Shown one piece after another: positions 50,801-60,700 of a stretch of DNA of 64,000 bases. This stretch comes from Monocercomonoides exilis PA203 (Eukaryota; Protista; Preaxostyla). The notes beneath the pieces were generated by a model. That model was not told the origin of the DNA, made no database searches, and was given only the letters and a program-made list of their open reading frames with translations. Positions within the stretch are counted from its first letter, which is position 1; the number at the start of each line of letters is the position of its first letter. A program made the translations under genes and the position numbers. The stretch lies in contig LSRY02000045.1 of assembly GCA_001643675.2 (NCBI GenBank), forward strand, positions 744,001 to 808,000, given 5' to 3'.

Positions 50801-53800
50801 TTCAATCCAACATCTTTGTTGCTCGAATCAATCTCATATGACTCCTCATCCAACTTCACTTCTTCATCAAATGAAAATGTGCTTGTCAATCTGATCATTC
50901 TCTTTGAATTCGGATATCGATATTCACTCGCTTCTCCAATTCTTCTGCATGGATAATCTTCATATCCACACAGCCTGAATTCACTTCCTTGTCCTCTCCC
51001 ACTCACATATGCTGGTGATGAAAATGTCCGAAGAAACACAACAAGTGGAACAATAAGCTCTGGCTTGCCACTCTCTATTCCACAAAGTTCATTCAAGTCT
51101 GCAACATTTATTCCAATTTCTGGATTGAATCCAATTGAGGTGCTGTTGATGACAGCCGATAAATCCTGTGCTTCCACAAATAAATTCTTCCCTTTCCATG
51201 CATTGCACCCACTGAATGTCATGCTTTCCAATGAAAATGTTCCCATTTGATTGGCAACTTCAGCAAACATCCCTCCTCCCATTCCTCTCCCTCCATTCTC
51301 AACATCCTCTGATGGCACAACACATTCTGACAAATTCACTCCTTTCGCTCTCAATGTTCCTCCGCTTCCAACTGATATCATCATCCCTCCTCCTTTCATT
51401 CCACTTCCACCTGAACATCTTGATGAAAAATTGCTTTCTTCAATTTTCACATTCCCATTAACCCCCATCCCAACATTCAAACATCCCCCTCCTCCATTTC
51501 CACCTGCAACTTCCACATTCACCTCCACTCCACTCACTCTGCTATTCAAAATCTCCAATTGAACTCCATTTGTCATCGTTATTGGTGATTTCCCATTCAT
51601 TGTCAGTGTCCCTCCACTTTCCATCACAAATCCATCAACAATCAGATTCCCTCCTGCCATATCAATGATGCTGTATCCTATCTTTCCATCTGTCAATGCT
51701 CCACTCTCAAATGAGACTGAACAGTTCGTCATATTGAGTGTTGATGTTGAATGGATGAATGCACTTCTCCTTGCTTTCAACTGACCTTTCACAACAAATG
51801 AAAGTCTCCTCATTGTCAGTGAACTCGAACATCCAACAAGCCAATCTTGTGTGGCTGATCCTCCATCACTCACATTCACTTCCATCCTCTCTCCATCTGA
51901 TGACACTATTCTGCCTGAAATACTCACACCAAATGACGGTCCTGTTATTTCCTTGGCAATTGACGAAGATGAGACAACTTCTATTTCATTCACAGTGCTG
52001 CTCATTCTTGAGTTCGCACAATAATCAACTGTCAAGCACCTGAATGCCTCAAACCCACAATGGTTGTGGTCCATCCCATTTCCTCCACTCCCATCAACAA
52101 GCACTTTTGACCCCATTGTGCACAAATACACAAACAGTGGAATCACTTCACTTTCATTACCATTTTCACTCCCACTCAGTTTCAATACATCTGATGGAAT
52201 TGTGCTTGTGTCAAAAAATGAAAATGAGCTGGTATTCACTTTTGACTCCAAAAACACACCACTCCCACAATCAACAAACACATCCTTCCCATATTCTGCC
52301 ACATTCCCATGATCTTTCGAAAACTTCACATTCTGCCCAATTGTCAATCCACATCCCTCGCTCTCCATCAATACAAACATCCCTCCTCCTCTCCCTCCTC
52401 TCCCTCCATTATTCTCTGCCTTATTCCCATCAATCACACTTGTTCCACTCACAACCACATTCCCATTTCCCTTCAATCCAACATATATTCCTCCTCCTTT
52501 TCCACCAACACAACTGCACCCATTCACATTGCATCCATCAACTGTCAACGTTCCACTCGTTCCAACTGTTCCTTTCATCCATCCTCCATCTCCCTCATTC
52601 CTTTTGACTCCGCTGATATTGCATCCTGAACATATCACACTCGTCATTCCTTCACAAAATTCAATCGCTGAATGAGCTCCAAACACAAGTGCTCCACCAA
52701 TTACAAATCGTTCCATTTTCAGACTCCCACCATGCGCATTCACAATGCTGTATCCAAAGGCCACACTCGATGTGCTCTCTGATATATGAGCAACTGAGCA
52801 GTCTGTGAGTGTGAGTGATGAGCTGGTCAAAACAATGAGTGATGTTGCACTCGATAACGAAAATGGAATTTGGAACCCAATGTTCTTTATGGAACTTTTG
52901 CTCTCAACATTTATCAAACACGAAGATGTCATTCCACTCGGCACTCTCACATTCACATTCGTCTTGTTAACCCCACAATACACCTCCCATTCATATGACC
53001 CTGCCATCGACACAACCTCTCCCAACTCAAACCCTGAATCCAACACAATAATTTTATTTCCTGTTGCAAATCTTGTTTCAACTGCATGAGAGATGGTTTT
53101 ACATGGAAAATACCCAAACCCACAAAACCACGAGTCATATCCTCCATACCCATTCACCGCTTTCCCCACATGTGCTGCTCCTGAAAATGTGTCAAAAAAC
53201 ACATTCAATGGGAATATTCCCATCTCTCCCTCATTCCGGTCATATCCCATCAGCTCATCATAAATAGATGCATTGTGTCCAACATTCAGCTTTGCAGTTG
53301 TTATTGTCCCGCTCACCAGTCTGCTCCCATTCACAAACACATCCTTTCCTCCCAATGTTGCACTGCAACCAACAAAACTCACTGCTGATATCGCAAAATC
53401 AAATGAGTTATCTGCCAGCCACAGCATCACTCCTCCTCCACATCCACTGCACTTGCACTGTTTGAATGATGTTATCCCTCCACTGTGTGAAGTTGAATCT
53501 CCAATTCTAACTTGGCTTGTTGAAGAAGCCAACTCAACCTTTATCCCTCCGCCATTTCCATTCACACACTCACATCCTTCTATTGTTGTGTTCCACACAA
53601 AAAATGTCTCTCCCGCCATCACGCTTTTTGCCATCACCACACCATCACCTGTTGTCCGATTCACATTTCGAATTGTCACATTCGCTAAAACACTTTCTCC
53701 AGATGCCAATCCTGCTGATGATGGTTCTGCAAATAGTGATCGACTCATTTTCATATTTTTGATCTCAACGTCAATCATCTTCAGCTGCCTCAGCGCCACT

Positions 53801-56094
53801 TCAAACACAGATGCTGATTTAACACTCCCTCCTGGTGTCGAAGAGTCGATCACCACATCCTCCAGCGAAAGAGCCCCGCTCCCCAGTGACACCACAAACA
53901 CACTCGGCGATGGACTTCTCATCGAGTTGTGGTCGATCCCCACATGCCCCACCTCCAGTTGGCCAGAAGATATGCTAAACAGCGTTGTTGCAGGCGAAGA
54001 AAGTGCACTTGTCCCAATCACACTCACTGTCTTCCCTCTCCCAACAACAGAAATCGTCTTTTCCCCAACACTGATCGTCGCCCCTTCACTCACGTGCTTC
54101 CCACCCATCAACATGATTGTCGAGCTCATCCCCAAAGCACATGTCCATAACGCATGCCCCACTGTCTTGCAAGGTGCTGCCTCACTCATCCCACACAGAT
54201 TGCTCGCGTCACTTCCACTCACCACAACATACCGTTCCTTCATCCCTTCCTTCAGCCATCCCTTCTTTTCTGTATGTTGATTCACCCAATTGTTTCCGTT
54301 ATAATATTGGAGGCACACTCTCGTATCATTACTATTCGTTGTATAAGATTCGTAGAACGGGTTGTTCGATGAGAAGAAATTGTATCGATCTTCCAAATAC
54401 ACATCGAGGCCATATGGAGTAGAAGTGGTTGTGCATCTGCAATCGTGGAAGAAGAAGAAATAACAATAATGATTGTAACTTGGAGCTGTTGATTGATATG
54501 GCCTGAAATCCAATCCTCCGCCATATGACACTGCTGAGCACGAAATAAACTGGAGGCTCCTCATTTTGAATGCAGCTGGAACACCGTAGCAATACATCCC
54601 TCCACCACTTGAATGTGTAAGAGAGCACGTAGTGAATGAACACTCAAACACACAAGCACTCTCACCTTTTCCACTTTCTGCTCCAATACATGAAGATCCA
54701 GAAACATTAAAAGAATTAAGAAAAAGTCCTCCTCCATCATTTTTTCCGTTGCAGCTCTTAAATTCGCACCCATTGACCCTGACACACGAAGTAATCGAAT
54801 TTGCATACAATCCTCCGCCACCATAAGTTTGAGAAATACAAGCATTGAACGAATTGTTCTCAATCTTGATGGAATTTATTGAAACGCAAAAAATTCCTCC
54901 ACCAGCATAATATGCAGTGCAGTCGTTAAACAAACAAAATTTCACTGAAAGCGTTCCAGATCTTAGATTATACATGTAAATTGCTCCACCATTTGAAGTT
55001 CCATCTGAATAAGATCCACTTGTTCCAGTAGTTTTTGAGCCATTCCATACACACCAAGTGAATGAATTCGCCCCATTGTCTGCAATCTGCTGTCTCCCTG
55101 GTTTCGATGGATTCCCCTCACTCCCGCTGACTGCAACATTCTGAGACCGATAGCACCTGACAAACGAGGCGTTCGAGGCAGACAATGACGATGAGGGGCT
55201 GTTGAGTGAGGAGACAATTCCCCCATCATAAACATCCCACACTGATGAAAATGTGCATCCACTCATCAGAAATGATGTTTGGCTCTGCCCTTCACCCAGT
55301 TGTCTTGTTTTCTGTGGATTTGTGGAGATGTTGAAGAAGGTCAAATAAGAGAGGGATACAAAATGTGATGAGAGGAATGGAGCTGAAGATACACAAAAAG
55401 ATGAGAAATGAGAAGAACAAACAGAAATGTGGCATTTCTCTGAAATCTCTCCTTCCACTGTTTTTGAAGAGAAAAGTGGAGGAAATATCTGTTCAGTCGA
55501 GGTTGAAGTTGAAGTTGAAGACGATCTGAGGGAAATGTTGGTGAACAATCCACAGCTCCCACACAAATCAAAGGGGGGTCTCACTCTCTCAACTCCAATC
55601 ACACATCCACTCACCTCAACAGAACTTCCATCCGATGCCCTGAGCACACTCTCCCCACCCATTTCCCTCAATCCCAACAAATTCAGTTGAATTGATGAAT
55701 TGACCCCAACAACACTTCCCTCAACCCCACTCCCACCACACACACTCCCCTTTCCCCACATTTTCCACTCATCACAAAAACCCCATTTTTCAACTTTCCC
55801 AATCTCTCCACTTCTCCCATTCCACCGTTTTGTGCATTTCTTCATTGTTATCGCCTCTTTCCAGGTTTCTCTCGCTCCACCTTCTTTTCCTTCAACATAT
55901 GTGTCAAACAAATGGCCATCTCCAATTTTGTTGTTTTGAGCCTTCTCTCTCCATGTGCCTTCTGGATAATCCAATTCTCCTTCTTTCGCTGATTCCTCAA
56001 CAAATCCTGCTCCATCACTTGTGGAACCCTTGCACACACACCCCACACTAATTATCCACACACAATATAATATTCCTGACAGTCCAAATATCAT
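44851..56094 (-). CDS. Full-length giant receptor-like pseudokinase (paralogue of 16-8817)
   Basis: Intronless ~3750-aa ORF. ATG 56094 gives signal-like MIFGLSGILYCVWIISVGC. GGAI/GGG[ILM] and FxxC/FxxN repeats, seven CG-x4/5-[P/R]C modules, TM YWLLIVIVLVVILLIVLIVSIVLAV-RWRK, then RWKAPE, VFSMGMMLWEILTVEIPF and GERP. Confidence 0.9.
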   Translation of the reverse strand: MIFGLSGILYCVWIISVGCVCKGSTSDGAGFVEESAKEGELDYPEGTWREKAQNNKIGDGHLFDTYVEGKEGGARETWKEAITMKKCTKRWNGRSGEIGKVEKWGFCDEWKMWGKGSVCGGSGVEGSVVGVNSSIQLNLLGLREMGGESVLRASDGSSVEVSGCVIGVERVRPPFDLCGSCGLFTNISLRSSSTSTSTSTEQIFPPLFSSKTVEGEISEKCHISVCSSHFSSFCVSSAPFLSSHFVSLSYLTFFNISTNPQKTRQLGEGQSQTSFLMSGCTFSSVWDVYDGGIVSSLNSPSSSLSASNASFVRCYRSQNVAVSGSEGNPSKPGRQQIADNGANSFTWCVWNGSKTTGTSGSYSDGTSNGGAIYMYNLRSGTLSVKFCLFNDCTAYYAGGGIFCVSINSIKIENNSFNACISQTYGGGGLYANSITSCVRVNGCEFKSCNGKNDGGGLFLNSFNVSGSSCIGAESGKGESACVFECSFTTCSLTHSSGGGMYCYGVPAAFKMRSLQFISCSAVSYGGGLDFRPYQSTAPSYNHYCYFFFFHDCRCTTTSTPYGLDVYLEDRYNFFSSNNPFYESYTTNSNDTRVCLQYYNGNNWVNQHTEKKGWLKEGMKERYVVVSGSDASNLCGMSEAAPCKTVGHALWTCALGMSSTIMLMGGKHVSEGATISVGEKTISVVGRGKTVSVIGTSALSSPATTLFSISSGQLEVGHVGIDHNSMRSPSPSVFVVSLGSGALSLEDVVIDSSTPGGSVKSASVFEVALRQLKMIDVEIKNMKMSRSLFAEPSSAGLASGESVLANVTIRNVNRTTGDGVVMAKSVMAGETFFVWNTTIEGCECVNGNGGGIKVELASSTSQVRIGDSTSHSGGITSFKQCKCSGCGGGVMLWLADNSFDFAISAVSFVGCSATLGGKDVFVNGSRLVSGTITTAKLNVGHNASIYDELMGYDRNEGEMGIFPLNVFFDTFSGAAHVGKAVNGYGGYDSWFCGFGYFPCKTISHAVETRFATGNKIIVLDSGFELGEVVSMAGSYEWEVYCGVNKTNVNVRVPSGMTSSCLINVESKSSIKNIGFQIPFSLSSATSLIVLTSSSLTLTDCSVAHISESTSSVAFGYSIVNAHGGSLKMERFVIGGALVFGAHSAIEFCEGMTSVICSGCNISGVKRNEGDGGWMKGTVGTSGTLTVDGCNVNGCSCVGGKGGGIYVGLKGNGNVVVSGTSVIDGNKAENNGGRGGRGGGMFVLMESEGCGLTIGQNVKFSKDHGNVAEYGKDVFVDCGSGVFLESKVNTSSFSFFDTSTIPSDVLKLSGSENGNESEVIPLFVYLCTMGSKVLVDGSGGNGMDHNHCGFEAFRCLTVDYCANSRMSSTVNEIEVVSSSSIAKEITGPSFGVSISGRIVSSDGERMEVNVSDGGSATQDWLVGCSSSLTMRRLSFVVKGQLKARRSAFIHSTSTLNMTNCSVSFESGALTDGKIGYSIIDMAGGNLIVDGFVMESGGTLTMNGKSPITMTNGVQLEILNSRVSGVEVNVEVAGGNGGGGCLNVGMGVNGNVKIEESNFSSRCSGGSGMKGGGMMISVGSGGTLRAKGVNLSECVVPSEDVENGGRGMGGGMFAEVANQMGTFSLESMTFSGCNAWKGKNLFVEAQDLSAVINSTSIGFNPEIGINVADLNELCGIESGKPELIVPLVVFLRTFSSPAYVSGRGQGSEFRLCGYEDYPCRRIGEASEYRYPNSKRMIRLTSTFSFDEEVKLDEESYEIDSSNKDVGLKVGGTGTKTQEALVMNSVSSTLTGILFELGESIWEHTSFVHSSGGTLRFADCGIKMGNGVDAVNYEFASASGGNVEIIRMSCGGSERKVKFGMKAFIVINGNGGASIEDSLLESVETTNMKGLIEYSSSSSSLTIGNVTAQECVMGGKGLIWDENGKKLGMRNCTIMKMSSLEGNGGVVSGEVGNGCAIEVNDVVIEGCGTLKGCGGGIAVILKGTGEMRLGKSGVVTSFEKCSAGGEGSIGGYGGGVNLDLSDNCVNNFVLTTLTFKDNVAAEGRDLFISCKKLNETVTKERFGFEYKYENGKGEGEWMAVDMKGIDRDHFAESVDLRLFLVEMKGREVCVSREGYDTLGCGSDGYPCESMWSGISHIDRSETEGERKVKVKDEGTIEDVYSFTDALVIDGCVNEGDETKHKPIQFNERIKGNSASSSSSVISSTVSLSLLSLKLQIPSQFEPNLNSLISSSGVLQLESCLFEILSSTAIQYSLISTISGSCTLKGCSLTECSFSISPLVMASSVLFENSNFSNIRNTGSGEEGGVAKVTLKNEEELVMKSTNASSCSLSSGNGKGGFLYLDCQNCLNEKPFLLENVSFSNNNAAIGKNVFILGKDFNSSVINESFKFDYSSMKDDNNLFVGSDDFHSSKDLFMFLIPFSSFEIFISSSGFDVARCGSEEEPCFTMWKGMKNMRDEDENKTIQIEGSTFIRDSFNVSNYQIKKSVKIGEEDTKAILNFEKSIGSQPEYFMENDIHLELTNIQLRLTSGFDNSAKTIISSRAGELVITGCSFHSEAGVNNGFDCVFVDVIGGSVEVNDLSIESCNVGNSIFVIHDAGITCHFVNIRVESLNESRGCILSIKKSEQGFKINEECVNIEINNSSFSGVKRSDNGPNILESKSEKRICLAVNSSNITEDKAEMSEKGGAIFFTLGVSGSMKMIDSTISQCSCTNGKGGGVYLATKERGFLDFTFTGMKFSSNTARVGNDIFIECFNIPSQINESQFQFDLRENHYSRINAIYGIDSCEHKEDTDLIEFVTIHQSDTIVVSSVNGSNDRQCGTNALPCDSIEHGLMHLTSEYVSLLYVDTESVIGREINLEEMSLSSKSRENCKVEVKSRIEKTKDSLISTRETVSLVRVNFVFDSNFISSHESLISPEGGILEIINCSFDSKQSAGEGSIELANIPFLIIKMEKGELQLMECKISNLILHESSLSLLSSLASVIDSLTICNSTISKSLIDVYEYGQLTIKDFKTENITVEGNEESLICCLSMKKTMQLTNCTMGRVSSNKTKGKLIKLGNCLDVKMDSCIFDGSSNERNEQYLNTEEEMCRWEGSLVDVAKSSVMMKDSTISNSPEGGITINGGALIVNDGRFENNNPSIEGYPSLRRNIICSDSGTLNVVCLKGGDGWERNTSLWMLNDGCSFEGIASERDSSFFIPVLESVEAKEETDRMKLIFKGMLLIPCNLSFSVVKKKGEEKEIEKHDFDRNGLLSEREAEGNVEKDLVSSCGDDIEVSVLILFGVNDYPSSTNSFILKNASEAKTNGDERIAEGGKEGKSYWLLIVIVLVVILLIVLIVSIVLAVRWRKEKEEAKKYKEIVDDNIKKDPKAFEMVTMEMSPEAQWRREEKKNEENAKKRVYEKKMVHSESEEYLLAESGSTEYILGKDSDKIPEWALEIEEEEEIRKRTPSPSISSTDTNTTFVRMDDLCPTTSSISNLVDAIACSSPHEKLIVDLRDSLFMLLHGRNKTKEMAIGTLKEREQTAAEVLLLVANLALHSFDEMEVPLSSLENLSPHIVLFSEHMVICIALHSDCSSDDDSDSSSISSSTDVTSASDDDDDSDSLPSSAFKDEPDNWNDCLRWKAPELQMKRKIGATKESVVFSMGMMLWEILTVEIPFGEYPAEVAGQKIVNGERPEMEKVAGSSFGGVVKGCVVCAPGDRCGLGELRRELAAGCGPGAMMVTASDALCLVDGSVIRRDKSGDEIVPSSYLKGEERGMA

Positions 56095-57766
56095 GCCTCT
56101 CCAACTGCTTTCTTTTCTTTTTTCTATCACAGACTAATATGGGCACTTCAACGAAAAAAAAATAACATTCAATTTTTGATGAATATCATATTTTCATATA
56201 GAAATAAATATTCTCCTTTGCTGTTTTTCAACATTTATTTATGATCCGATGAATAATAGAGAATGATTCATCCATTTTTGTTGATGTTCCGATATTTCAG
56301 CCGTCGCTCTCCGTCCAGCGATATCTGCCTCTGGGATGGAACAACACATGATTTAGAGCATATAATTACGTTGGCTGTATTTTCATGAGAAAAGGCAATT
56401 GGGAAAGAAATGAATGATGTGAAGATTGGTTTCACAGATAAACAGAAGAGATGTGAGCGGTGGAAGTTTTGCTATTCTGCGCCACATGAAAATGTATGTC
56501 TTTTGGTGAATTATTTGTGATATTTTTATTTGAAGAGATTTTCGATGTTTTGAAAGAAATGATTGTTTTTGCCTCGATTGGCTGAAAAGGACACTTTTTA
56601 CAAAAGGGATGGGATGCATGGAACAAGGTTATTCGAGCATTTGAGTTGGGTTTTTGATGTGTTTTTCTCACAGATAGAGATGGAATTTCAGTTCAAGGGA
56701 AAAAGGATAAAATGTGAAATGAGCGAAAATGGATATTTTTTGTTGAGGCAAAGAGGTTGCATTAAGAGATAATATTTGTTATTGGTATGCAACAGACTTT
56801 GTTTTATTGACTTTTTTCATGAAAAATGAAATTTTTTATTTTTATTTTTTCATATTTTTGGGTTTTGAAAGTTATTTGAGAAATGCCTGACGGATTTCAG
56901 TTTTCTGGGAGAATTTCTTTTGGGGCAAGAGATTGATATGGAAAATGAAGAAGAAAAATCAGGTTGAAGTCTGTTTTTTGATTGAAAAGGGATTGAAAAG
57001 GAAAAGAACAAACTGCAATAATGATTGTGAAAGCAAAGAATGGAAGAAGATTCCATTGAAACAATTCTTTCGAACTTTTCTGGATCATCGTTCATCAGCA
57101 TCGTTTTGGAAGAGGAAATGGATTTCTATTTGCTCATCAACTTATTCAAAGATGCGAGAAAGTTGTGAAAGTTAAGGAAAAGAAGGAGTCTTTGAGAAGT
57201 TGAAGATATTTTCAATGCAAAAGCAAAGCAGGTTGCAATTGACAAGCGGACAAAAAGAATAAGTGATTTATTCTCGCAACAAATTGCCATTCCCTTCTAT
57301 TTCGGTTTGTTTGCTTTTGCTTCGTCGGATGGAGCTGTTATCACAACCTTTCTTTTCAATGTGTCTTTTGAATGAGTCTTGCCTGTTTTGGGAATCATCC
57401 TCACAACTTCATTGCAAGCACTTTTCTTTTGCTATGTCAACGTTTTTTTTGTTTGCACTTGCTTCGTGTTCATTTCACACACCTGCACTTTTGTATTAAA
57501 ATTATTTCACATTTTTGAGCAAAAAAATATTTTTTGAATATTTTTTTTTATCTTCATGATATTTTCTCCAAAAATCTCACGAATACAAGTGAGTATAACA
57601 AAAATGATAATATTACTGTCACATAAATAACATATGCAATAAGATAGCAACAGTGCTGGGGCATTTGAAGAGTTGTCAAAACGATTGATTGTTCCAACAT
57701 TTTTTTGTTCGCTTTCTTGTTTGCTGTTTTCGCTCTGTTTCTGAGCTTTATGTGTTTTGTGTGCAC

Positions 57767-60700
57767 ATGGACTACGGAAAGAAGTTGACACCTACTGCAC
57801 TGCCATCGCAGATAAAGCGCGCCGGGTCGCCGTTTGGGGGCGGAAGCACGCAATTGCGCTCGACGCCGTTCCAGCCTTCGAGCACAGCGAAGCGCGCTTC
57901 TGGGGCTGCGGGCGGGCAGACGAAGTTGCTGGATCGATCGTTGACCCCCATCCGGAGAGAGGATGCGATTGACTCAAGTGTGTGCTTTGGGTATTTGTTG
58001 TTTTGTTTTTGACGAGTTGGCTGTCTTCTGCGGGCGTGGGTGTTTTTGTGCTGCGCCAGCTGTTGCGGGACTGGCCTTTGAGGAGCCACGCGGGATGGAG
58101 GAAGACAGGGCTGGCGATTTGTGTGGCAGTTCCTTTGAACGATGAAAAAAAATGTGATTGAATTTTGTTTGGTGTATTTTTTTCAGGAACCCGCCGTCGC
58201 AGATTGACGACAGCGACTACTTCATGAGCCGGGCGAGGCTGCTGGCATCGAGGAAAATAACGTTTGGGGCGATGGAGCGACGGGGGAGCTATTTTATGCC
58301 GATGGAGGGGAATATGTGGAGAGAGTCGCGGGGGCCGCTGGTGACGTACACGAGGGAAGGGGTGCGGCGGCTGGGGGAGCGGTTTGAAGAGCTGATGGAG
58401 GCGAAGGAGATGGACCGGCTGGGGGCGGGGGAGCAGATTATGCACAACCAGATGTGCATTGATGTGACGCTTGGAGATGTGGGAGAGATGCTGGGGCTGC
58501 GGTGCAGCGAGGAAGGAGAGCTGCTGCACCGGATCCGGGTGGAGTATGCGCGTGTGTATGGGGCGCTGTGGAAGGAGCAAGAGGCGGGGGCAGCGCGGGA
58601 AGAGCGGCTGCGGGAAGAGCTGAGGAACAAGGAGGAAGACCTGGAGAGGACGAAGGCGAATGCAGCGCAGATGCTGAGCGAGACGTGCGTGAAGTACGAG
58701 GCGCAGGTGGCGGAGCTGGCGGGGGAGAAGGAGGGGCTGGGGCGGCAGATCCGGGAGCTGAAGGAGCAGCACGAGGAGGCGAAGCAGGAGATGGAGAAGC
58801 GGTACTCGGAGTTCAACATGCTGCTGCAGAAGATCCGGGACGACGAGCGGATCTCGAAGCGGACGAGCGGGCTGGCGGAGCAGCTGCAGGAGAAGGACAA
58901 GATCATCCGGATGCGGGAGAGGAAGATCCTGGAGCTGAGCGAGAAGTACAATGCAGAGGTGAAGGAGCTGCAGGAGCAGCTGGTGGCGATGAAGGAGAAG
59001 GCAGCGCTGATTGATGTGGGGATTGAGAAGGAGAAGAAGCGGCGGACGCAGCAGGGCGGGGTGGTGAGCGAGGACGGCGAGGGAGCAGGGGCAGGGGCAG
59101 GTTCTGGAGCAGGGGCAGGGGTGCCGCTTGCCACGCCTTCTTCGTTGTCGTCTGCAGGGGGTGGGGTGATTCCGTCTTCGGCGTCGTTGATCCTGCCGTC
59201 GGGGCTGTGCGAAAAGTGCCAGGAGAAGTTTGCAGCGAGCATCGGGGATGGCAGCGCTGTGGTGGTTGGGCCAGACCCGAGCGGGAAGGGGGTTGTTGTG
59301 AAAGTGGGGAGCGGGGTGAGTGTTGTGGGCGAAGCAAACAGCGGCGGGGGGAGGAGGAGGTGGAGGAGGAGGTGGTGGCGGAAGCGAGGGAACGAGATCA
59401 TTGATCAGCGAGAGATCAGAGAAGAACAGTGCTGGGGCCAATGGTGGTGGTGGAGGAGGTGGTGAAGGAGGAGTGGATGCGAGTGTGAGGCAGAAGATGA
59501 ACAAGATGGAGAAGGAAACGAAGATGCTTATGGCGCTGTCGAAAGTGCAGGAGCAGACGATAAGCGAGCAGAAGGCGCTGTTCAAGGAGGTGATTGAGAA
59601 GCAGCAGACGGCGCTTGCGCAAAAGAAGCAGGAGCAGAAGAAAATGAAGGCGTCGTATGAAGAGAAGGTGGAGCGGCTGGTTGTTCAGGTTCGGGAGCTG
59701 GAGGAGCAGGTGCTGCGGGGGGAGATTGGCGGGGGCAGGGAAGGCGGGGCAGAGGAGAAAGGGGGGAGAGGGAGGGATGGGGCGGGGAGGAGGAGGAGGA
59801 GGAGGAGCAGGAGCGGAGGGGGAGAATACGAGGAGGCAGGGGAGGGGGAAAAGGCAGAAGAAAGAGATGCGAGTGCGGTGTATGGGATTCCGCTGTCGCC
59901 GCACGAGGATGCGAAGAGAGAGCGGGAGGACTGGATGCCAGCTGGGGCAGAGGCAGGGGCAGGGAAGGCGACTGTTGTGCAGCGGCTGTACATGCTTCTT
60001 GAGCAGACGACAGACAGCCGAGACCGGGAAGAGTCGGAGTGGCCAGTGACTTCGCGTGGTGGAACGGGGGCAGGGCAGCCAGGGGCAGGCGGGGTGCCTT
60101 TGCCGGCGGGGCAGACAGCGATGGAGCGGCTGATGAGCGCAGTGTCAGGGTCGCTGGGGCAGGTGGCGTACGAAACGGCGCATGTGCTTCGGATGCCGCC
60201 CACGCGGCGGTCGTCTGTGCCGATGGAGCGGCTGCTGACGCCGCTGAAGACGGGGCTGCAGCCATCGCTGGTGTGGACGCTGTCGACGATCCGGGGGATA
60301 TACGGAGACAAGATTGCGGCAGACGTGGGCGGGGGCAGTGCCGGGTGGGGAGGGGCGGGGGCAGGGGCTGGGGCTGGGGCAGGGAGGCAGGGGTTTGGGG
60401 ACTTTGTGTACATGTGGCTGGGGGAGAAGCACACGGCGCAGAAGAAGAGCGAGGCGGCGCGGTGGGCGATGGTGTACGGGGTGGAGCTGTTCCGGAAGGA
60501 CTTTGCGGAGGTGTGGCTGTTTGGGAAGTTTGTGCGGGAGGAGTTCACGGGAGACGAGCTGTCGTTCTTCCTGTACTGCTACACGGTGCTGTTTGAAGGG
60601 GTGCTGCCGCAGCAGCCGATGGAGGAGAGCGAGAACTTCCTGATGGTGTCGTTCCGGATGTGCCGGAAGTGCATCAACACGGTGCTTGAAGGGGCGTCGG

